This document shows positions 1-7,156 of a DNA stretch of 23,966 nt, one piece after another (positions within the stretch are counted from its first letter, which is position 1; every line of letters begins with the position of its first letter). The DNA lies in contig JAVYNJ010000008.1 in NCBI GenBank assembly GCA_038735675.1, positions 1-23,966 of the forward strand, given 5' to 3'. The translations under genes and the position numbers were made by a program. This stretch comes from Nanopusillaceae archaeon (GTDB taxonomy: Archaea; Nanobdellota; Nanobdellia; Nanobdellales; Nanobdellaceae). The notes beneath the pieces are model-generated. The model made no database searches, was not told the DNA's origin, and worked only from the letters and a program-made list of their open reading frames with translations.

Positions 1-1141
<1,141 letters not shown>

Positions 1142-1171
1142 TAATAATTTATTGCAACAAAAATTAATAAC

Positions 1172-1246
1172 TAGCGGGGCCGGGATTTGAACCCGGGACC
1201 TGGGGGTTATGAGCCCCCCGGGCACTCCTGGCTGCCCTACCCCGCT
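1172..1246 (-). tRNA. tRNA-Met, anticodon CAT, initiator type
   Basis: This is the only GC-rich island in the AT-rich flank. The minus strand reads AGCGGGG TA GGGC AGCCAGGAGT GCCC G GGGGG CTCATAA CCCCC AGGTC CCGGG TTCAAAT CCCGG CCCCGCT A, 75 nt. It forms a perfect 7-bp acceptor stem, 5-bp anticodon stem and 5-bp T stem. A1:U72 plus G:C pairs closing the anticodon loop are archaeal initiator hallmarks. No intron and no encoded CCA. Confidence 0.9.
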
Positions 1247-1269
1247 ATAAAAATATTAGAATATAAAAA

Positions 1270-1277
1270 TATATAAA
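1270..1277 (-). promoter_or_regulatory. Putative TATA box for the tRNA-Met gene
   Basis: The minus strand reads TTTATATA, ending 23 nt upstream of tRNA position 1, so the box spans -31 to -24. TATA-like strings are common by chance in this composition. Confidence 0.4.
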
Positions 1278-1280
1278 GAT

Positions 1281-1299
1281 TAAAAAAACAAGAAAAAAT
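1281..1299 (-). terminator. Putative oligo-T terminator after the Alba gene
   Basis: Immediately after the Alba stop the minus strand reads ATTTTTTCTTGTTTTTTTA, containing T6 and T7 runs. Archaeal termination typically uses oligo-T tracts. Confidence 0.35.
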
Positions 1300-1587
1300 T
1301 TACTTAATTCTAGCCAATACTATTTCTATTGTAGAAACTCTTCTCTTCTTATTTTCAGCTACATTTACTTCTTCTGAATCTATTTTTATATTTTTTATAT
1401 CTACTTGTCCATTCAAAAACTTTTTTCTTACTATTTCTGCTACATCTATTGCTCTAGATATAAATCTACCTCTTGCCTTTACAACAACTTCTTTGGCTCC
1501 TTGGCTTGTAAATTGCATTACTACCGCAGTTACATAATTCATAAATGGTTTATTTCCAATATATACAACACCTGCTTCAGCCATCAT
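1300..1587 (-). CDS. albA: Alba (Sso10b/Sac10b family) DNA/RNA-binding chromatin protein
   Basis: 95 aa. Contains [20 protein letters not shown]...[26 protein letters not shown]...RVSTIEIVL, the typical Alba fold signature and length. Its ATG overlaps the eS17 stop (ATGATGA). Confidence 0.93.
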   Translation of the reverse strand: MMAEAGVVYIGNKPFMNYVTAVVMQFTSQGAKEVVVKARGRFISRAIDVAEIVRKKFLNGQVDIKNIKIDSEEVNVAENKKRRVSTIEIVLARIK

Positions 1588-1778
1588 GATTTCTGAGATT
1601 TTTTAATTTTTCTTGTTATATAGCCAGATAGCATATTTCTCAATCTTTTAGAGGGAATATCTGCAATTACTTCTAAAATTTTTCTATTTTTTTTATAATC
1701 TGTAGAAAAAAATTCATAGTATTTTGAAATTATTTGTTCTGCAATTCTTCTAAATTTACCATGAAGTATTCGACCCAT
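1584..1778 (-). CDS. rps17e: Ribosomal protein eS17 (S17e)
   Basis: 64 aa. The N-terminal MGRI...[52 protein letters not shown] matches the archaeal S17e pattern (R..A.el...Y...Ft.df..NK......t.v.SK.lRN.iAGYiTR). Confidence 0.85.
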   Translation of the reverse strand: MGRILHGKFRRIAEQIISKYYEFFSTDYKKNRKILEVIADIPSKRLRNMLSGYITRKIKKSQKS

Positions 1779-1820
1779 TATATTTTAAAATTTTGAAGAA
1801 AAGATTTAAAAAATAATATT

Positions 1821-1876
1821 CGAAAGGATGATGCATTACGCTTCTGAAATATGATGAAAAAAATATTGCTGAAAAT
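1821..1876 (+). ncRNA. Candidate C/D box sRNA (2'-O-methylation guide)
   Basis: Lies in the eS17/aIF2-gamma divergent spacer. Layout: AGGATGA (1825-1831, C-like), 12 nt TGCATTACGCTT, CTGA (1844-1847, D'), 3 nt, ATGATGA (1851-1857, canonical C'), 11 nt, CTGA (1869-1872, D). Box order, roughly 12-nt guides and about 55-nt total length fit archaeal C/D sRNAs. The C box is non-canonical and no terminal stem is seen. Confidence 0.35.
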
Positions 1877-1907
1877 ATAAATATTATTCGTTAAAATATA
1901 TTTTAAA

Positions 1908-3089
1908 ATGAATAATATATATCCGGATCTCTCAATAGTAATTTTAGGCCATGTAGATCATGGAAAAACAACTTTAGCAAAAGTTTTAACTGATAAGTGG
2001 TTGGCAAAACATTCCGAAGAATTAAAAAGAGGATTAACTATAAAATTAGGATATTCCAATTTTTCAATATATAAATGTCCCGAACATGGATATTTTACAA
2101 AAAATAAATGCCCTATATGCGGTAAAGAAAACATTTTTGTCAGAAAGCTTTCCCTTTTAGATGCTCCAGGCCATGAAGCTTTATTGTCAGTAATGCTTTC
2201 AGGTGCTGCCATAGTAGACGCTGCAATTCTAGTAATAGCTGCTAATGAAGAAGTTCCACAACCACAAACTTTAGAGCATTTACTCGCATTTAAATCTTTA
2301 GGAAATAAACCTCTTTTAGTAGTACAAAATAAAATAGATTTGGTAAGCAAAGAAGATGCAATAAAAAATTACAATAAAATTTTAGAATTTTTAGAATCCT
2401 TAGGATTTAAAGAAAATATAAAAATTATTCCAATATCTGCAATAAATGATATAAATATAGAATACGTACTTGAATGGTTAGTAAACCTAAAAACCCCAAC
2501 TAGAGATTTAAAATCTGATCCATTATTTTTAATAACTAGATCTTTCGACGTTAATAAACCCGGAACTCTGATTAAAGATTTAAAAGGAGGTGTATTAGGA
2601 GGTTCTTTAATAAAAGGAAAGATAAAACTAGGCGATGAAATTGAAATAAAGCCGGGACTATTTATCGATGGAAAATGGAAACCAATAAGAACTAAAGTAA
2701 AAAATTTAATGCAAGGAGATTATAATGTTGAAGAAATAATACCTGGAGGTACTTCAAGTATAGAAACCTATTTAGATCCTTTTTTAACTAAAGATGATAC
2801 TTTAGCCGGTCAAATTGCAACATATACGGAAAAAGCATATAATATGGTTGAAAAAATTACTCTAAAATATGAAAAAATAAGAGACACTCAAAAAGATCTA
2901 AAAATTGATGAAGAAATATTTGTAGTTTCGTATAATATGTCCTCTATAGGAAAAATTATTGAAAAAAAAGAAAATGAAATAACTATAATTCTTAAAAGAC
3001 CTATCTTAGCTGATCCAGAAAATAAAATTGCAATATTAGCAAAAATAAACAATCGATGGTCTTTATATGGTATAGGATATGTTAGATGA
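1908..3089 (+). CDS. eif2g: Translation initiation factor aIF2 gamma subunit
   Basis: 393 aa. Carries GHVDHGKTTL (G1), DAPGHE (G3) and QNKIDL (G4), with a zinc-knuckle insert in the G domain and C-terminal beta-barrel domains. Its stop overlaps the next ATG (ATGA). Confidence 0.93.
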   Translation: MNNIYPDLSIVILGHVDHGKTTLAKVLTDKWLAKHSEELKRGLTIKLGYSNFSIYKCPEHGYFTKNKCPICGKENIFVRKLSLLDAPGHEALLSVMLSGAAIVDAAILVIAANEEVPQPQTLEHLLAFKSLGNKPLLVVQNKIDLVSKEDAIKNYNKILEFLESLGFKENIKIIPISAINDINIEYVLEWLVNLKTPTRDLKSDPLFLITRSFDVNKPGTLIKDLKGGVLGGSLIKGKIKLGDEIEIKPGLFIDGKWKPIRTKVKNLMQGDYNVEEIIPGGTSSIETYLDPFLTKDDTLAGQIATYTEKAYNMVEKITLKYEKIRDTQKDLKIDEEIFVVSYNMSSIGKIIEKKENEITIILKRPILADPENKIAILAKINNRWSLYGIGYVR

Positions 3090-3490
3090 AATATAAAATA
3101 TTAATAGATACTAACTTTTTCTTTATACCTTTCTATGAAAACTTTGATGTATTGGAAGAGTTAAAAAAATTTTTAATTGAAAAGAATATAGATTATGATA
3201 GTTTTTATACCTTAAAAAAAAATATTTATGAAATTAAAAATAAAATAAAAAGTACTAAAAGTATAAAAAAGAAAAGGTTATATACATTAGTAGAAAAATA
3301 TATAAATAAAAACCAAATCAATATAATTGATTCTCCAATTAACGAAAAAACTGATAGATTAATAATTAACACTGCTTTAAGTGGAAATTGGATTGTTTGC
3401 ACATTAGATAAACAATTAAAAAATATAATGAAAAAATTAAAAATTCCTTATATATCTTATAATAATAAAAGATTATACATAATATGGTAA
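3086..3490 (+). CDS. PIN-domain protein, Fcf1/Utp24-like
   Basis: 134 aa. The N-terminal ILIDTNFF carries the first PIN acidic residue, and ...TDRLIINTAL...IVCTLDKQLK follows later. A PIN gene directly downstream of aIF2-gamma is a conserved archaeal arrangement. Confidence 0.7.
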   Translation: MKYKILIDTNFFFIPFYENFDVLEELKKFLIEKNIDYDSFYTLKKNIYEIKNKIKSTKSIKKKRLYTLVEKYINKNQINIIDSPINEKTDRLIINTALSGNWIVCTLDKQLKNIMKKLKIPYISYNNKRLYIIW

Positions 3491-4332
3491 CCAATGCTTC
3501 ACCGGAATTCTTTGTAGCTAAAAAAAGATTTGAAGAAGCTAAAACACCAGAAGAAAAATTGGATGCTCTATATTTGATGTTAAAAGAAGCTCCAAAACAT
3601 AAAGGAGCTTCAAATTTATTACTTTGGATTAGAAAAGAAATATCCAAATATAAAAAATTGGTAGAAGAGAAAAATAAAAAATCTTCTGGAAAATTTAAAA
3701 TTATAGAAAAATCTGGAGATATTTTAATCAGTATAATTGGAGTAGAAAATTCTGGAAAAAGTTATTTCTTAAAGAAATTTACTAATGCAAATGTAGAGGA
3801 TTCCGAAATACCTTTTTCTACTATAAATCCTGCAGTTGGAACCTTATTTTATAAAGGAGTATATTATCAATTTATAGAAATTCCTTCAACATTCAAAAAA
3901 ATTTTTAGAAATATCTTAGCTATTTCGGATTTTTATATTATTATAATAGACACAAGAAAAGATATTAAAGAACAGCTTAATAGGATAAATAAATTTTCCG
4001 AAAGCATCATTCAATTTTCTGAAGAAGAAAAGAACAATTATATTATAGTTTATAATAAATTCGATCATTTCGAAAATTTAAAAATAGAACAAATATTAGA
4101 AAAAATATTAGAAAAGTTAGATTTAATAAGAGTATTTCCAATAAATTCGGAACATTGCGTTATTTTAAAGAAAAATTCTACAATAAAAGATTTTATAGAA
4201 AAATTAAATAAAAAATTTTTAAATTATTTTGAATATGCAAAAATATTTAGAAAAGATAAAATTATTCGAGGAGGTCTAAGCTTTAAATTAGAAGATGGAG
4301 ATTTAGTTGAATTAAAAATAAAACTTAGCTAG
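3484..4332 (+). CDS. DRG-family GTPase homologue with C-terminal TGS domain; short, with a degenerate G3 motif
   Basis: 282 aa. The N-terminal helical region (...APKHKGASNLLLWIRKEISKYKKL) resembles the DRG N-terminus. It has G1 GVENSGKS, G2-like PFST and G4 NKFD, and a C-terminal TGS-like region (IRGGLSFKLEDGDLVELKIK). The G3 DxxG is replaced by EIPS. Confidence 0.7.
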   Translation: MVTNASPEFFVAKKRFEEAKTPEEKLDALYLMLKEAPKHKGASNLLLWIRKEISKYKKLVEEKNKKSSGKFKIIEKSGDILISIIGVENSGKSYFLKKFTNANVEDSEIPFSTINPAVGTLFYKGVYYQFIEIPSTFKKIFRNILAISDFYIIIIDTRKDIKEQLNRINKFSESIIQFSEEEKNNYIIVYNKFDHFENLKIEQILEKILEKLDLIRVFPINSEHCVILKKNSTIKDFIEKLNKKFLNYFEYAKIFRKDKIIRGGLSFKLEDGDLVELKIKLS

Positions 4333-4561
4333 CCACAATAAGCGTTATTGTCCTTTCTACATAATCTAACTTTCTTAATTTATCAATTATTGCATTTCTA
4401 AGCTTATCAAAACTTTCAATTTTTACTTTAAGTATAGAATCATATTCACCATATACCAATGAAATATCTAGAAGCATAGAAGATAATTCTTTCTTTACAA
4501 ATTCTATAAATTCTTTTTCCTTTCCTGGCTTTAAATTTACTAAAACATAAGCTTCAATCAT
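4325..4561 (-). CDS. Stand-alone Lrp/AsnC-type ligand-binding (RAM) domain protein
   Basis: 78 aa. MIEAYVLVNLKPGKEKEF...VYGEYDSILKVKIESFDKLRNAIIDKLRKLDYVERTITLIV matches the AsnC_trans_reg pattern. There is no HTH. The start overlaps the upstream stop (TAATG). Confidence 0.65.
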   Translation of the reverse strand: MIEAYVLVNLKPGKEKEFIEFVKKELSSMLLDISLVYGEYDSILKVKIESFDKLRNAIIDKLRKLDYVERTITLIVAS

Positions 4562-4824
4562 TATTTTTTCTCTTTTTCTAATAATTTAATTAACTCTTTT
4601 ATATCTCTTCTAGTATATTCCAGTAATATCGCAACAATACCAATCCAAATGACATTAATCCATGCGTATATTGCTGCTAAGACTCCTGCTACCATTGATA
4701 ATCCTTCTAATGGAAATTCAATGGCTTTTACTAATAACAAAAATCCAAATAGTATTGTAAAGAAAAAGCCTATCAACAGTGCTATTTCTAATAAATTTGG
4801 CATTTTATAGTCAAAGCTTGCCAT
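4561..4824 (-). CDS. Small integral membrane protein, unknown function
   Basis: 87 aa with two to three hydrophobic spans and a charged C-terminal tail (KELIKLLEKEKK). Translationally coupled to the RAM-domain gene. Confidence 0.5.
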   Translation of the reverse strand: MASFDYKMPNLLEIALLIGFFFTILFGFLLLVKAIEFPLEGLSMVAGVLAAIYAWINVIWIGIVAILLEYTRRDIKELIKLLEKEKK

Positions 4825-4857
4825 AAAGTTTAATATAAAATAAATTTATTAAATTTT

Positions 4858-5331
4858 ATGAGATTGTTAAGCAATAAAGAAAAAAAAGAATTAATAAACG
4901 AACTTGAAAGAATAACAAAGACTGAATTAAAAATAAAGAAAGAAGATATATATTATTTGGAAAATGAAAATTTGTATCTTTTAAAAAATATTCCAATAGC
5001 TATAAAATACGAAAATAAGATAATTCCTACTATCTTTTTATTAATAAATTTAGAAGCTGATATTTCTTATGTTATAGTAGATGATGGAGCTAAAGATAAA
5101 ATTCTTAATGGGGCAGATATTTTTAGGCCAGGAATAATAGAATTTGATAAAAATATCAAAAAAGGAGATATAGTTATGATATTATCAGAAAAAAATGAAC
5201 TATTAGGAGTTGGTATTTCACTTTTTGATTCTGAAGAGATAGAAAAAATTCAAAAAGGAAAAATCGTAAAATTAATAAATTACTATGGAGATAAAATAAC
5301 CAATCTATACAAAGAATTAAATAAAAGATAA
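4858..5331 (+). CDS. PUA-domain RNA-binding protein (MCT-1/Tma20-like)
   Basis: 157 aa. The C-terminal half, AKDKILNGADIFRPGIIEFDKNIKKGDIVMILSEKNELLGVGISLFDSEEI...KGKIVK, is a typical PUA domain. Confidence 0.75.
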   Translation: MRLLSNKEKKELINELERITKTELKIKKEDIYYLENENLYLLKNIPIAIKYENKIIPTIFLLINLEADISYVIVDDGAKDKILNGADIFRPGIIEFDKNIKKGDIVMILSEKNELLGVGISLFDSEEIEKIQKGKIVKLINYYGDKITNLYKELNKR

Positions 5332-6462
5332 AATATTTTTTTGATTATATATTTTACTATACTTTAGAAGTTTATATACGTTTAAATTATACTTTGCTTG
5401 AATTTTAGAATTTAAAAAAGATATCAATTCTTTAATATTATCAAATCTTCCTATTTTATTCATAAACATCTTTTTTATGCCTTCTCTAACAACCCAAACG
5501 CCTAAGGGTATTCTATATTCGCTAGTAATTACTCTAATTACTAAAAGATTTCCTAAAATTTTAGTATCTTTTATATATTCTGCAAAAGATAATTTTAAAG
5601 AATAATATCCGCCCGATTCATCATCTCTTCCAACTATTAATTGGTTATTAATACTATAAACTGATCCAGGCAAAATTGCTTCAATAAGTTCGCTTTTTCC
5701 ATTTCCTGGCATTAAAATACCGTAGAAATCGTTTCCGTAAAATTTATAGTTAAATAAAAAGTACTCATTAATCTTTTTAGATCTGCTATAATATTCTTTT
5801 AATAATTTTCTTTCAATAATACTCTGAATTGCCGTTATAGACCACTTACTGGGCACTAATTTTCTATTTATCTTCAATCCAAATAATCCTAAAGAGAATA
5901 ATCTAGATAAGTAATAATCTGAAAATCCATTTTTATACAAATAATATACGGCGTCTTCTGCCCTAACATCATCAATTACTTTTTCCACCTTTTCAGGTAT
6001 TTTTGGGTTATCAACAATTTTGATATCGTGTAAGTTCCCAATAAATCCATAATATGAAGAAATTTTAGGTATAAATTTAGCTTCTAATATTTTCTTAAGT
6101 TTTACTTCTAAATTGACTGATTTTATAGAAAGAGCTGATTCAACTATTTTCTCATATAATTTATCATTCTTTTTAGATATATTTACCGAGACTTCTTTTT
6201 TAGCATTTATCAAACTACTACGATATCTAATGATTTTTTCCATACTAATTTCATTCATTGCCCAAAATACGGGATTATCATAATACTCTATATCTTCTAG
6301 TTCGGAAAATAAAATTCCCAAAGATACAATAGGATAATTTTTCTCTATAATTAAATTAGAGGGAGGTGTAAAACCATACAAGTTTTCTTTAAGTTGTATT
6401 GATTTACCATAAAGTATTTTCATTTTTTCGGCTAATCTTTTAGCAGTAACAGGATCAAGCAT
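5317..6462 (-). CDS. nreA: NreA-family DNA repair protein (archaeal Nre N+C domains) with C-terminal PIP box
   Basis: 381 aa. Nre-like motifs are FTPPSNLIIEKNYP (compare PPSVFVGRxGYP) and RKLVPSKWSITAIQ (compare LVPTRWSITAVD). The last 8 residues, QKNILSFI, fit the PCNA-interacting Qxx[ILM]xx[FY][FYLI] pattern. Confidence 0.7.
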   Translation of the reverse strand: MLDPVTAKRLAEKMKILYGKSIQLKENLYGFTPPSNLIIEKNYPIVSLGILFSELEDIEYYDNPVFWAMNEISMEKIIRYRSSLINAKKEVSVNISKKNDKLYEKIVESALSIKSVNLEVKLKKILEAKFIPKISSYYGFIGNLHDIKIVDNPKIPEKVEKVIDDVRAEDAVYYLYKNGFSDYYLSRLFSLGLFGLKINRKLVPSKWSITAIQSIIERKLLKEYYSRSKKINEYFLFNYKFYGNDFYGILMPGNGKSELIEAILPGSVYSINNQLIVGRDDESGGYYSLKLSFAEYIKDTKILGNLLVIRVITSEYRIPLGVWVVREGIKKMFMNKIGRFDNIKELISFLNSKIQAKYNLNVYKLLKYSKIYNQKNILSFI

Positions 6463-6496
6463 ATATTCTTATTTAGCTTTTTATAATATATTTCTT

Positions 6497-7156
6497 ATGG
6501 ATGTTATCTTTATTCCAGCTAAAATAAAAATTAATGAATTAAAGAATTTTGATAAATTGCTAAAAATTCTACCAAAAAAAATAGGAATTGTATGCTTATT
6601 GCAATATATAGATGTTACTAATAAAATAATCTTAGAATTAAAAAAACTAGGATATGAAACTCTTTATTCTAATTCTTTATTTATTTTAGGATGTAATGTC
6701 AAAAACGCCGATTTACCGGCAGATACAATTTTATTAATTGGAGACGGAAAATTTCATGCACTGGAAATTGTTAGAAGTTTAAAAAAGGATGTAATTATAT
6801 ACAATCCTATAAGTGGAGAGATAAATACTATCTCAAAAGAAAATTATAAAAAATATCACACAAATATTCTTTATCTAATAGAAAAATTAAAGAATTCTAA
6901 TAATATTGGAATAGCTATTTCTATTAAACCTGGACAATATGATCAAAATTCCTTAAAATGGATTTTAGAGAAACTAAAAGATAAAAATTTGTATTTATTT
7001 ATAGGAGATAATATCGAAATGGATAAATTAATTAATTTTCCATATATAGAATTTTGGATAATCATTGCTTGCCCTAGAATCATAGATGATATTTTAGAAA
7101 GAAAAATAAATGCAATAACTATAGATTTAATTAAAAAAGATATGAAAATTCTATAA
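6497..7156 (+). CDS. dph2: Diphthamide synthesis protein Dph2 (2-(3-amino-3-carboxypropyl)histidine synthase), N-terminally short
   Basis: 219 aa. Motifs LFILGCNV, LLIGDGKFHALE, IGIAISIKPGQ and WIIIACPRI match archaeal Dph2 domains 2 and 3, from memory of the P. horikoshii protein (about 340 aa). The roughly 100-aa first domain is absent. Confidence 0.78.
   Translation: MDVIFIPAKIKINELKNFDKLLKILPKKIGIVCLLQYIDVTNKIILELKKLGYETLYSNSLFILGCNVKNADLPADTILLIGDGKFHALEIVRSLKKDVIIYNPISGEINTISKENYKKYHTNILYLIEKLKNSNNIGIAISIKPGQYDQNSLKWILEKLKDKNLYLFIGDNIEMDKLINFPYIEFWIIIACPRIIDDILERKINAITIDLIKKDMKIL

Noticed and set aside
1260-1267. A second TATA-like string (TTTATATT on the minus strand) closer to the tRNA.
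   Set aside because: At -21 to -14 it would place the transcription start inside the mature tRNA. The upstream TTTATATA at -31 to -24 fits better.
1405-1596. Eleven track ORFs of 61-130 aa lie antisense to strong conserved genes: 1405-1596+, 1958-2350-, 3366-3647-, 6943-7179-, 8212-8430+, 8575-8811+, 11946-12131-, 12122-12397-, 13815-14003-, 20071-20286+ and 20856-21050+.
   Set aside because: Each sits entirely or almost entirely inside a better-supported gene on the opposite strand. Their low-complexity, F/I/L/S/K-rich compositions are typical of shadow frames, and none has a recognisable motif. Such open frames can arise by chance opposite real genes.
1828-1834. ATGATGC as the C box of the candidate sRNA.
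   Set aside because: It was not discarded outright, but it gives only a 9-nt guide before the D' box. The overlapping AGGATGA reading (1825-1831) gives the canonical 12-nt spacing. Both readings are non-canonical, so the sRNA call stays low confidence.
3086-3490. The PIN-domain gene as the toxin of a VapBC-type toxin-antitoxin pair.
   Set aside because: There is no small antitoxin gene upstream. Instead it is translationally coupled to aIF2-gamma, the conserved position of the Fcf1/Utp24-like housekeeping PIN protein in archaea.
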